From: Eledone cirrhosa
Taxonomy: Eukaryota
Assembly (NCBI GenBank): GCA_964016885.1
Contig: OZ024741.1
Location: 57,784,001-57,848,000, forward strand
Direction of reading: 5' to 3'
DNA: 64,000 nucleotides
This document shows, piece by piece, positions 27,530-41,266 of this stretch. The notes beneath the pieces were generated by a model. That model did no database searches. It saw only the letters and a program-made list of their open reading frames with translations, and was not told where the DNA came from. Both the position numbers and the translations under genes were made by a program. Positions within the stretch are counted from its first letter, which is position 1; each line of letters begins with the position of its first letter.

Positions 27530-27944
27530 ACCGTTCTTCCACGCTAGCATGGGTTAGACGGGTTGTCCTGTTGTGGGCAGTGTCCGGTTGGCTGACCTTG
27601 TCTTGCTCATACGGGAACTGATACTGGCTTGATTTCTACAGCTGGATACCCTCCCTAACACCAACCTCATTTACAGTGAGTGCTGGGTGCTTTTTTTCCG
27701 TGGTGCCTACACATCCACTTTACAGTGTGGCTGGATTCTTTTTTTCCGTGGCACCTCCATGACCACTTTGCAGTGGAATGATAGGGACACCAGTCCTATC
27801 ATCTCATTTGTACAGCTGAGTAAACTGGAGCTATGTGAAATAAAGTGTCTTACTCAAGGAAACAACATATCACCTGGTCCGAGAATTGAACTCACAACCT
27901 TTCGATTGCAAGCCCAATGCTCTAGCCACTAAGGCATGCACCTT
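27530..27944 (-). mobile_element. CORE-type SINE with long LINE-type tail
   Basis: SINE head and core as above, but the distal tail equals the RTE subfamily A terminus. Confidence 0.85.
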
Positions 27945-27949
27945 CACAC

Positions 27950-30900
27950 ACATACATACATACATACATACATACATACATACATACATACATACATACA
28001 TGATGGCTGCCCCCTCGTTATCGAGTATGGCCATTGCACAAGGAAAAAAAAAATATTAATAACAATAATAATAATAAAACAACAATAATAATAACGACAA
28101 CAACAACAATAATAATAATATACATATATATATACACACACACACACGCACACATAAACATATCTATACACACACGATATTCACTGGAAATAGCCGGCTG
28201 TGGTTGGAGTTCATGTACTTTTGCATGTCGTTTGAGCCCTCCTGCTGATTTACATTCTCTACCACATGCTTAGCAAGCATGATGGGTAGCATCTCCAACA
28301 GCAGCCTGGTAGTCAACCACTGATCTTACTTTATGACTGCGAAGATGACTTTCGAGTCCAGCTTTGCTTAGGCAGGGTCTCGCACAGACGCTGCATGTCA
28401 GCACCATAGGAGGACCTTCGCCGTCTGGAAGTGCAACAGCAATGCCCTTCCTCACATCCCGCTTTACTTTCTCGTATGCGATTCGAGATGCCTCAAAGGC
28501 AACTTTTCCCTCATATACAGTCTTTCTACATTTATTACGATCAGCAGCAATATTTTCCCATGTATCAGCAGAGATGTTAGCGTCTTTCAAAGAGGCTTTC
28601 AAGGAATCCTTATACCTCTTTTTTGGTTTATGTGGCGGTCGTTTTCCTTTAACTAACTCTCCATAAAAGAGTTGTTTTGGTATTCTAGAATCCTTCATCC
28701 TGGCAAGGTGACCACTCCAACGGAGTCGTTGCTTAAACACAAGAGCTTCTATACTGTCACACATAGAGCTTTCCAAAATCTCGACATCACTGATGTGGTC
28801 CCTCCAGTGAACGCCATGGATCCGTCTGAGACACATCTGATGGAAACGCTCCAATTGCTTAAGGTGGAGTCGATATGTGACCCAGGTCTCGCAGGCATAA
28901 AGAAGAGAAGGGAGGACACATGTCTTGTACACCTTTACCTTTGTCTTCTTGCATATGTCTCGCCGACCCCAGAGTCGCCTTTCTAGCTTTCCGAAAGCAT
29001 CACTTGCTTTCCTAATCCTAAGTGGGATTTCACTATCAAGGTTGCTGTATCGATTGACAGTGCTTCCCAGGTAGACAAACTGATCAACCACTCCAAGTCG
29101 TTTACCATACACATAGATATTTGGTTCACTGTACTGCTTATCAGGGGCAGGTTGGTACAATGTGCTGCATATCACTTTCTGTGTGCGCTACAATATCGCA
29201 ATCATCTGCATACAAGAGGTCTCTTATGATTGATGTAAATACTTTTGTCTTTGCAGCAAAGCACCTGATGTTAAATATGCTGCCTGAGGTTCGATATCGG
29301 ATGTAAACACCATGCTCGCAATTCCTGAATGCAATACAGAAAACCATTTCAAAGTATATGGCAAACAGGGTCGGTGCTGGAATATCCCTCTGTTTCACTC
29401 CATTTTTTACTGAGATAGGCTCCAACATGTTACCTCCGACATTAACCCAAGCCTTCATGTCATCATGGAAAGACCTAACTAAAGCAAGGAACTTATCAGG
29501 GCAACCAAGTTTCTGGAGAACCTTCCATAATGCATTTCTGTTAACAGTATCGAAAGCTTTTGTCAGATCGACAAAAACCTGATACAGATCCAAACCTTGT
29601 TCCATGCACTTCTCCTGGAGCTGTCTAGCTGAGAAGATCATATCAGTAGTGCCGTGTCCAGCACGAAAACCAGATTGACTTTCAGGAAGAATACAATCTG
29701 CAATGTGTGTCAGCAGATGGCCCAGAAGCACCCTACATAAAACTTTCCCTACGACAGAAAGCAATGATATACCTCTGTAGTTCCCACAATCATTCCCGTT
29801 ACCCTTTCCCTTGTACAAGACCACCATTACTGCATCTCTCCAGTCCTCAGGTACGGATTCATTAGCCCATATCCTGCCAAACAAAGAGTGAAGATGTTGC
29901 AGGAGTCTCTCACCACCATATTGTAGGAGCTCAGCATGTATGCCATCCATAGCTGGAGACCTTCCACTGTTCAGCTTCGATATAGCCACTGCAACCTCCA
30001 CAAGCGTCGGAGGTTCTGCGAGAGCTACTTTCACAGGACTTTCTGGAATGAGATTGAGGAAATCTTCATTGACGACAGACGGCTGATTCAAAAGATCATC
30101 AAAGTGCTCTCGCCATCTTCGTAGAATTCCTTGTGAGTCACGAAGAAGTTCTTTGCCATCCTTGCTGCGAAGCGGTGTCACCAGAGAAGAAGACGGTCCA
30201 TAAACTTCACGCAAGAGACTGTACAACAGCTTTGTGTTATTCGAATCTGGCGCAGTTTGTATCTCATCAGCCTTCTAACTCCACCACTGATCCTTCATCT
30301 GAGCAAGACTCCGCCTAACACGTGATTTCACATCCTTAAGTTCCTTATGCAACGTATTCTTCTACTGTTGTTTTGCCGTCAAGTACTTCTACTGTTGTTT
30401 TGCCGTCAAGTAGCGTGACAGAGCACGCCTCTTATCAGCCAACAAGTCTTCTATATGTACATCATTCTCATTAAACCAGTCCTGATGTTTTCTCTGCACC
30501 AATCCCAGAACACGTCTGCCTACATCATAAACCGACTTTTTAAGGGTCGGCCAATCCTCACCAAGATCTGCAACCTGCATCTCTTCTTGAAATGTCCTCT
30601 TCACATTTTTATCCTTAAGACGAGCAGCATTCAATCTTCTGGGCAGGGCAACACCAGGAGTACGGATTTTACGTTTAGTGATTAGTTTCACTTTTGCGCG
30701 TACCAGGCGGTGGTCCGTCCAGCACTCAGCTCCACGAAGAGCACGAACACACTGCACATCCTGTCTGTCACGTATCCTGATTAGGACGTAGTCCAAAAGA
30801 TGCCATTCCTTAGATGCAGGATGCATCCATGTGGTCTTGAATTTGTTCTTTTGTTGGAACATGGTGTTGGTAACACACAGATCCAGCTCTTCACACATCT

Positions 30901-31308
30901 GCAACAGGATCATACCATTGTTATTACAATTTCCCCACCCATGCCTTCCGATTACATTCCATATGTTAAAATCCCTACCCACTCTATCATTAAAGTCACC
31001 AAGCACAATGACTTTGTCTGCCTGAGGGATATTTCTTAACACACCTTTCAAAGCATGGTAAAAGGACACTTTTTCTTCATCGACAGAATTCATAGCTAGA
31101 GCATACACACTCACCAGGGTCGCATATCTTCCTTTGTCCAACGGAATTCTCATGGACATAAGACGCTCACTAATTCCTACTGGGAATTCTTCTAATTTAT
31201 TCACAAGAACAGTCTTAACAGCAAATGCTACCCCAGCCTCTCTTCTGGTTCCTTCCTCTCTTCCTTTCCAGAAGAATGTATATTCTCCACAAAATTCTGT
31301 AAGATGAC
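27950..31308 (-). mobile_element. BovB-like RTE LINE, 5'-truncated and frameshifted, with C-terminal C2H2 finger
   Basis: ORF pieces 30389-31318 (APE: GDFN, LDY, TDH), 29141-30226 (RT: FVDLTKAFD, YADD) and 28270-29175 (RLRWSGH, CSVC..HLRSH). 3' motif CTCGATAACGAGGGGGCAGCCATCA plus (TATG)n tail. Confidence 0.9.
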
Positions 31309-31918
31309 ATACATACATACATGGTGGCTGCCAACTCGTTTTCGAGTACGGCCACTACTTTATATCCATGTAGGAGAACCCCTACCGATGCGCTGAATGA
31401 GTGTGACCCTCCAGTCCAGCCAGCGACTTGAAAGCTCTGGTACAAACACTACACTTGTGACAATTATTGACACATAGTACTGGGCCCATGGTACCATGTG
31501 ACGACAAGTGCAGAGAGATCTCCAGATATAAAGCAATGCCTGTGCCGTGAAGCTTTTATAGTGAGCAAAGGCACTGCACAAAGCCAGTCCCACTCTCTTA
31601 ACCAAGATGATATTTACCAAAAAGAAGAACAAGTCAACATCATTGGATACCATCAGAGTTGCAGGTGTTATATCAGAGTTTTCCTTCCCCTAGAATTCTG
31701 CCTTGACAAAGGCTAAGGGGTCATCTCTCCCGGTGATTTTGGATGGCCATTGACTCTTAAGAGCTCCTTTGCCCTTCGATAGGTTTTGTTTTAGTCCTGC
31801 AGGATGTCCAAAGTCACCCTCCTCACCAAGAAACCTTGGTGGGGTTGCCAGTTTAGTCGCCAACGACCCGACCATGAGACAGGTTGTACTGGGATACATG
31901 TTACCAGTAGCACCACCA
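31309..31918 (-). mobile_element. Non-autonomous RTE-derived retroposon with (TATG)n tail
   Basis: 3' end CTCGAAAACGAGTTGGCAGCCACCATG(TATG)n resembles the BovB-like tail. 3' half matches 1295-1648; 5' half matches 17233-17420 and 17783-17970. Confidence 0.75.
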
Positions 31919-31947
31919 TACATACATACATACATACATACATACAT

Positions 31948-32076
<129 letters not shown>

Positions 32077-32113
32077 GATCCGAAGGCATGGTATAAATTT
32101 CTAATCATTTTAA

Positions 32114-32187
32114 TCACGACACATGTTTCAATAAGAGATCGATCGATCGTGTAGCCATGAACGATTATCACTGATCTCGTCAGGTGA
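32114..32187 (-). ncRNA. Type I hammerhead ribozyme motif with long stem II
   Basis: Minus strand reads TCAC-CTGACGA-(47 nt with GATC/GATC pairing)-GAAA-CATGTG-TC-GTGA. Confidence 0.6.
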
Positions 32188-32679
32188 AAATGAATTGTCT
32201 TCAAATCCTTGATATGAGGGAGAAAATTAACGCTGTTCATTCACAGAGTTTAGTCCCTCATATGAAGATCAAGCAGTCAGAACACGGCGACTGCTATCGT
32301 CCCCAGTTAGGGTCATAAAACTATCAAGTCTCCCAATAGCTGTAAAAGACGCTGGACATCAATCAAATCTGTAGAATTACAGTCGGTCACAGTTAATGTG
32401 AGTGGGTACACACACACCCACACATATATGACGCGACGTCAAAGAAAAAAAAAATATATACACATACCAACACAGCATCAAATCTGTAGAACTATAGACG
32501 GTCACAGTTAGTGTGAGTGAGTACACACACACACTCACACACACCGACACAAGGTTAAATAAAAAATAAAAATACAAATATACCAATATTCACCGAAAGT
32601 TAGTTTACAAAAGCGTGGAGAACTTAATATTGCTAACAAAAATTTTATTGGACCGTTTGACACAACCAATAATACACCT

Positions 32680-32734
<55 letters not shown>

Positions 32735-33804
32735 CACATACATATTCATGTTATCTGTGTTAATACTGTACTATATATGTATAAATATAGTAGTGCTAGT
32801 ACCACAAATAAAAGCAGCCAGTCCACCCTGTCAGGTGGTAGTGGTGGTGCCACAATAAAAAACACCTTCTATATGATGTGAAGGGGCTGGTACTACTAAG
32901 TGCATCCAGCTGTAGAAACGATGCCAGAATGGAACATATAAGTGAGATGCAATCATCTGATCTATGTGGTTTCAGAACATAACAACCTGCCTAATCCATG
33001 CAATCATGGAAATAGGTGGTAAATGATGATGATGATAAGGATATGATAAAAGTATTTAAGTGAAAAACCAACATTGAGAGCAGAGAGCAAAACTTTCAGC
33101 AAGTAATAAACATGATGCTTGAATGATGGGAGTGGTTACAACTGCATCATGATTCTGGTGATAACAACATGGTTTCTCATATAGATACAAGGCTATCAAT
33201 TTTGAGGGAGGGGCAAGTCGATTAAATCGACCCCAGTGCATGACTGGTACTTTATTTTATTGACCTGATAAGGACGAAAGGCAAAGCGAACCTCGACAGG
33301 ATTTGAACTCAGAATGTAAAGGGCCGTAACTCTATGCCACGAAGCAGGGTATCCGACGCTCTGCCAATTTACCACCCTTGGTGATAACAACATGGATAAC
33401 AAGAAGAGTCATACTACAGAGTGAACCGTAAAACCTGGACATTCCCTGGTAGCATCAATAGTCTGGCACTGCAGGAAGCGCTGAAGTCGTTGAGATCTCC
33501 ATTCAAGTGCAAATAATATGTAGGAATGTAGAAATTCCATATTATGGTGGCTGTAGCCTGGTGACATTCATTGTCCCCGTACTAGTAATTAATATAGGTT
33601 GTTGATATGTTGGGAGTGTTTTGGATATAGTTCTGAAGAGGAGTTTTACTTTAGGTCTAGTGTGATATTTTTCTGGTGGGTGTGTCTCTGTTTGTATATG
33701 TCCTGTAACTTAGCAGTTTGACAAAAAGAGATTGATAAATAAATATCAGACTTGAAAAAAAATATGTATTGGAATTGATAGAAACATCTTCTGTTCAAGA
33801 TGGT

Positions 33805-33926
<122 letters not shown>

Positions 33927-35272
33927 AAAACAGAAGATGTCTGTCTGTGTGTGTGTATGATTTTTATGCATTTCCACATTTCTCTACCGATTTTGATGAT
34001 TTATTTCCAATGTGCTCCAAATTTACCAACGATGGTCAACGCGTAATAAACTTTGCCAAAAATTTCCTGCTTCTATGAAAAAAAAATCGATAAACCTAAA
34101 TACATGATGTAACCCTCTCTCTTACACTCTTATTCGCTCTCTCTACTACCCTCAACAATCTATGAAACTACATACATGTTGCAACTCTCTTTAAAAGGTT
34201 CATCCCTCCCTCTACTCCACTCTCAATCTCCTCTGCAACTCTCTTTAAAAGATTCATCCCTCCCTCTACTCCCCCCTCAATCTCCTCTGCAACTCTCTTT
34301 AAAAGGTTACTGTCTCCGTCTACTACCCTATCACCATTACAATTTACAACATCGACAAAACTTCTTTTCAAGGAACGCGGTACAAACTTTGAAAACTAAG
34401 CAACACATCAATTTATACAACAACAAACATAGCTTTACTCTCTCCGTCGCTCTTCCCTCTCTCTACAATAGATTATTCCCTCTCTCTATAATTTAACTGC
34501 TTTACTCTCTTCATGCTTCGAGGTTTAACACACCTCCCTATAGTTTCTTAGCTTTACTCTCTCCGTCGCTCTTCCCTCTCTCTATAATAGATCATTCCCC
34601 CCTCTTCGTTCAGGTACGCGAAATAAACTTTGATAACTAAGCAACACATCAATTTATACAACAACAAACATAGTCATAACGACGCTCATACATCAAATAA
34701 CAAAAGTTAAAAAGCCGATAAAAATAAATACATATTCCTCTCTCACCGTTACATTTTACACACTTACATTTTACATCAAAAAACAAATATTCAAAAGCAA
34801 CATATGAATTTATAAAACAACAAACGTAATCATAACGACGCTTAAGCATACTTGAATCTCAACAAAGACATTATATTTTATTGTCCTTTTTGTAATTTTT
34901 TCTTTGTTTTTCGCAATATGAGACAAAAGATAATGAGAAAACTTTTTTCAGGGACGTCCAATTTCGATGATTTATTTTCCAGTGTGCTCTAAAATATCGC
35001 CCCTGTTTACACTCTTTTGTGCTATAACTCAGACGGGCTTGGATTACAGGTTTGACCTACTATTTGACGTGCATTCTTCATACAACTTACTTAGTACTCA
35101 CTTTCAACTTATTCACTGTTCAATTGAAATTCTTCGCCACTCCCCCTTTCTTACACCATTACCTGCATAAATATTTACGCGTTCCGTTCTGCTACAACAT
35201 AGTACTCACTTTACACTAATTCAATGTTCAATTGAAAATTTTCGCTATCACACATACTTTGAAACTACGGTA

Positions 35273-38200
35273 ATGCCCCCCCCCCCCCCAAAAAAAAAGA
35301 CCACGACTTAGTCGCCAGACTAAAGCTGCTTCTGCTGCCAAACGAAGAAGAGCTACAGAGTTGTCCGTCGAAAAATTGACTCGGTTGTCACAAAATGCAA
35401 CACGAAATGCAATTATCTGGACAACCGAGACAGAAAAAAAGAGGAGCATCCACCTTTCCGGGAATGCATTTCTAACTGCAGTTGCACGTGCAGCGCAAAC
35501 TGATGAACAGCATTCTCGACGACGAAGCAAAAATGCTGCCTCCACCGCTGCGGCACGTGACGGTGAGGACGAAGAACACCGTTACAGACCACGACGAAGA
35601 GATGCCGCCTCAACTGCTGCGTCACGTGCTGCTGAGGATGAAGGGCAGCGTTCCAGACGTCAACGTACGGACGTCGCTTCAACAGCTTCCGTGCGCGCAT
35701 CAGAGACTGCGCAAATTCAATTACAAAGGCTAAACACTAATGCACTCCGCAGGAGTGCTCAACGAGGTACTCAGAGGATCAGTTGCACTCAGTGGTCTCA
35801 TAAGGCTTTCCACTATGACGCAACAGTAAACTATGCACTGATGCCAGAAGTTCAGATTGGATCCATGTCCGTCATTTGCCAATATTGCCGGGGAAAAAAA
35901 TGGCATGGGAAAACTTCAGGGATGTGCTGCTCTGATGGCAAAGTGAAACTGCCTCCTCTACAGGAACCACCACGACCTTTGAAGTCTCTACTGACTGGTG
36001 CCACAGCGGAGTCAGAAAATTTCCTTCAATGTTCCAGGAGATACAGCGCTGCCTTCCAAATGACCTCTTTCGGAGCTAGCATCATACGCGAAGACGGCTT
36101 CATGCCTACCTTTAAAGTTCAAGGACAAATTTACCACAGAATCGGTTCGCTACTGCCTACGACAGATGGACAGCCCCAGTTCCTACAGCTATACTTTGTC
36201 ACTGACTATTTGAACCAAGCGGAACGATGCGCTTTAATTTCACCTGGCACAGACATGAAAATTCTGTTGCAACTCCAGAGAATGCTGCACGAAAACAACA
36301 ACTACGTTCGCAGTTTTAAAGGCACATTGGACGCCACTCCATTGCCAAATTTTGCTGTTATAATTGACGCTGACAGGAAACCACCAAGCACCCACGCCAG
36401 ACGTTTTAACACTCCCACGTGCAATGAAATAGCTGTTCTTCTTCATGGAGAACAGTACAACAAGCGGGACATCATACTTCAGTGTAGGGACAATAGTCTG
36501 CAACGGATCAGCGAGACGCATAGGTCCTATGACGCATTCCAATACCCCCTTCTTTTCCCATTCGGTGACGACGGATACCACTTTGGAATTCCTTTGTGCA
36601 ACAGCAACAAAACTGTTTCCTCTATGCAATTCTACACCTACCGATTCATGGTCCGCGAAGGCTGCTTTAACCAACTCCACCGTGCAAGAGTACTCTTCAA
36701 CCAGCTTGCTGTAGACGCGTGCGCAAAGATGGAATCTGAAAGGTTGTGCTACATAAGGAACAATCAAGCACGCCTTCGTTCGGACAGCTACATTCACTTA
36801 CGTGATGGAGTAAGGAATGACGTTGATTCCGAGAACCTAGGAAAATATTGTAACCTTCCGTCGACCTTCATTGGGAGTCCCCGATACATGAGTGAACGCA
36901 CACAGGATGCTATGATGTATGTGCCTCTCTACGGCAGACCGGATCTCTTCATCACTTCAACATGCAACCCTAAGTGGACTGAAATTACCGCGGAATTATT
37001 CCCCGGACAAAGGGCGTCAGACAGACATGACCTTACGGCACGAGTCTTCCACTTGAAATTGACAAAACTTATTGAACTCCTAAAATCAGGTAAGGCCTTT
37101 GGACCTGTTAGGTGCTACGTATACACCGTTGAGTGGCAAAAGAGAGGCCTGCCACACGCTCACCTACTCCTTTGCCTGATAACGAAAATCAACGCAAGCA
37201 GCATTGACAGCATCATTTCAGCAGAAATACCCGAGCCAAAATTGGACAGAGAACTCCACAATATCGTCATTGCTCACATGGTTCATGGGCCATGCGGAAA
37301 CGGTTTCAACATGAATTTGTCATTCATTGAAGAAAGATGGTGCACCAAGAGGTATCCTAGGCCATTCTTCCGAGAAACTCGGAGAGGTGGCGATGGTTAT
37401 CCATTATACTGTTGCAGGGAGCCAGCGGACGGAGGAATTGTTGCGAAAACACCGCATCACCACGTCGACAACCGGTGGATTGTAGCCTACTGCCTTCTTC
37501 TGTTTAAAATGTTTAACGCCCACATTAACGTTGAATACTGCCACTCCGTGAAATCAATAAAGTACGTCTGCAAGTACATCAATAGACGTCCGATGCTGCG
37601 TCTTACAATGGAGAACAGCCGAGACGAAGTAACTCGATACCAGGTCGGCCGATACATCAACAGTAATGAAGCGTTCTGGCGATTCTTCTACTTTGCAATA
37701 CACCATAACTACCCCCCAATCAAACAGTTGGCGGTGCATCTTGAAAACAGTCAAAGAGTCTACTTCACCGCCTCCACCGCTGCTGAGATAGCAGAGGAAC
37801 CCAAGGACACCACACTTACGGCATTTTTTAAGTTATGCCGAAACGATCCCTTCGCCAAGACCATCTTCTACTCTCAGGTGCCATCATACTACACATGGAA
37901 CACAGGCAACAGAATTTGGTTAAGAAGGGTGAAAGGACAACCCGTCGAGGGACATCCAGACATTAAAATGTCCCCTACCCTTGGGAGAGTGTACACCATT
38001 CTTCCTAACCAACAGGAATGCTTTTATCTCCGCCTTTTACTACATGAGGTGGTAGGACCGACATCTTTCGACGATCTGAAAACGATCAACGGAGAGGTTT
38101 GTACTTCATTCCGCACAGCCTGCCTTAGACGGGGTCTACTGGAAGATGGGATGCAACATCGGCGGAGGCAGCTACAATACGCCTAGCGCGAACTCTTCGG

Positions 38201-40897
38201 CAACTCTTTGCGGTGCTACTGGAGACATGCGAGTTAAGCGACCCTGTATCCTTATGGGACAAATACAAAGAGAACCTTTCCGATGACTACATACACCAAG
38301 GACAACTGCTACTCCCTCATTCCGACGTACGACTCAGCGATGAATTCTTCAACAAAGCTCTCAATGACATCATCATCATCATCACCGTTTTACGTGCGTT
38401 CTTCCATGCTAGCATGGGCTAGACAGGTTGTCCTGGTGTGGGCAGTGTCTGGTCGGCTGACCATGCCTTGCTCATACAGGAACTGATTTTGGCTTGATTT
38501 CTACAGCTCGATGCCCTTCCTAACACCAACCTCATTTACAGTGAGTGCTGGGTGCTTTTTTCCGTGGCGCCTACACGTCCACTTTACAGTGTGGGCTGGG
38601 TGCTTTTTTGCCGTGGCACCTCCACGACCACTTTGCAGTGGGAGGGTGTGGGGCATATTGTCTATATGCTTCAGCTTGTACCCATGGGAGGTCGGGTACT
38701 CTGTATTACTGCGTGACGCCAGAGGTCACGGTCGTGTGTCATCACCTTTGAGAGGTGTAATTGGGTAAGATCGGCTTTTATCACCTCATCCCAGGTCTTC
38801 TTGGGTCTCCCCACTCCGCGGTTTCCATTGACTTCTAGTGCTCTGCACCTTTTTATGCAGCTGTCATCCTTCATACGCATCACATGTCCATACCAACGCA
38901 ACCGCCTCTCCTGCACACAGCATTTGATTCCGCTTATACTCAGTCTCTCTCTCAATTCATTTATGCTTTGCCGTTCGTGTATATTACTATTACACATCCA
39001 TCGGAGCATGCAGGCTTCGTTTCTCTCTAATCTACGTAAGTCTTCCACCTTCAGCGCCCAGGTCTCACTACCATGTAACATTGCTGTTCGAATACACGCA
39101 TCATACAGTCTGCCTTTCATTTTGAGGGAGAAGCCTTTTGCAGCTAGCAGTGGCAGTAGTTCCCTGAACTTCTACCATCCCGTTCTTACCCTAGTTATTG
39201 TACTTTCTGAACACCCACCTCCGCTGCTAATTCGGTCACCTAGGTAGCAGAAGCTGTCTACTGTTTCTACAGAGCCCTCTCAGAGATTGGTGATACTTGT
39301 TTCCTGTGGCTGTTTGCTGCTTGCTGTCCCAGCACAGCTGCAACATGTGAAGCCTACATTCTTAATTAAGCTTCCTGAGATCCCTCTACATCTCTTGTGT
39401 ACCCATTGTTTGCATTTGGGGCAGAGAATGGAGTTCCCACCTACACCTTTCCTACATACTGAGCAAGGCCATTTCCTTGAGAGGATCTGTGTTCTGTTTT
39501 CTCGTCTATTTACAAGGACCTTAGTCTTTGTCATGTTGACTTTGAGACGGCAGGCGTATGACACAGTTTGCACTTCCATTCGTCAACGCACAGGAAGTAT
39601 CTTCTTTTTGGACGCCCCAGGAGGAACTTGTAAAACATTCATCAATAAACTCCTCCTCGCCAAAGTGCGACAGCAAAAATGAATCGCCCTGGCTGTGGCT
39701 TCTTCTGGGATTGCCGCAACTCTGCTGCCCGGAAGTAGGACAGCTCATTCCGCATTTAAACTACCATTCAACACAACTTCAGACGACACAATAACCTGCA
39801 ATATCACCAAGGACTCTGACAAAGCGGAAGTCTTGAAAAGATGCCACCTAATTGTGTGGGACAAATGCACAAAGGCCCATAAAGGGTCCCTTGAGGCATT
39901 AGACAGAACCTTACGAGACATCAGGGAATGCAACCGGCCGAAGGGAGGAGTACCTCTACTGCTGTCTGGCGATTTTCGACAAACTCTTCCAGTTGTTCCT
40001 AAAGCCACCAGGGCCGACACTGTGGGGGCTTGCATTAAGTCATCTCCCCTGTGGCAGGAAGTGACAATTCTGACCCCCACAACAAACATGAGAGCCCAAC
40101 TGCTCGGCGACTACTCATAAGCCGACTTCTCAAAGGACCTCTTAACAGTTGGTGACGGCACTGCACCTTCAGATGCAGCTGGAGAAATGGCAATCTCGCA
40201 AGTAGGCACCGTTGTCGACACTGTTGACGACCTCACAGCCTCTGTCTTTCCTGATATGGCCATCAACTACAAAAACACGAGGTGGCTGTGCGATAGAGCC
40301 ATATTGGCTCCCAAAAATGTCTCCGTTGCAAAAATCAATGAGGACCTTCTGCAACGCATTCCTGGAAACCTCCGTACCTACAAGTCTGTGGACAAAGTTG
40401 TGGACAAAGATGAGGTTGACGATTTTCTCACAGAATTCCTCAATTCCTTGGACCTCTCTGGACTGCCACCTCATGAACTGCGCGTCAAAGTTGGGTCTCC
40501 AGTGATGCTGTTGAGGAACTTGGAACCACCGCGTCTCTGCAACGGAACACGGTTAGTGGTAAGAAACCTCCTGCCGCATGTGATTGAAGCCACAATTCTC
40601 ACGGGCTGCGGCGCTAGAGAAAACGTCTTCATACCCAGAATACCATTAACTCCATCAGGTACGGAATGCCCCTGTACTCTGCGCCGACTTCAATTCCCCG
40701 TTAAACTTTGCTTCGCGATGTCAATCAACAAGTCCCAAGGCCAAACGCTATCAACGGCAGGCCTCCATTTAGCCCAACCGTGCTTCTCACACGGCCAATT
40801 ATACGTCGCATGCTCAAGAGTGGGATGCAAGCAGAACTTATTCATACTTGCGCCCAAAGGCAGATAAAAAAATGTGGTCTACAGAGAGGTGTTGTGA
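35273..40897 (+). pseudogene. Helitron RepHel (HUH Rep + PIF1-like SF1 helicase), disrupted
   Basis: Zn-finger CQYC..MCC. Rep motifs PDLFITSTCNPKW, VEWQKRGLPHAH, KYVCKY. Helicase motifs DAPGGTCKT, IVWDKC, GDFRQTLPV, FAMSINKSQGQT, HGQLYVACSR. Frameshift near 38150, RTE insertion, stops at 39680, 40118 and 40865. Confidence 0.92.
38368..39546 (-). mobile_element. 5'-truncated RTE subfamily A copy nested in the Helitron
   Basis: Closely matches 51674-52842, including the PHD finger, 3' UTR and (GAT)n tail. Confidence 0.93.
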
Positions 40898-41163
40898 CTC
40901 CTCTATTCAGCACCACTACAGTCTTGCCGGTCTGACATATGGTGAGTAGATGTATATTTTCAAACTTACCCGTATTTACTTTCTTTGCCTCAATAATCAT
41001 AATTGAGTGGAATCATTAAAAGTACTTTAAAGCAATTAAACTCCGAGCAACGCTGGGCACTTCTGCTAGTATATATATATATATAATTTAAAAGTGAGTG
41101 TTAAATGATGATGACAAATGATGTGTGTTTGATATGCCTATATATGTGTATGGAGAGAAAAGG

Positions 41164-41266
<103 letters not shown>

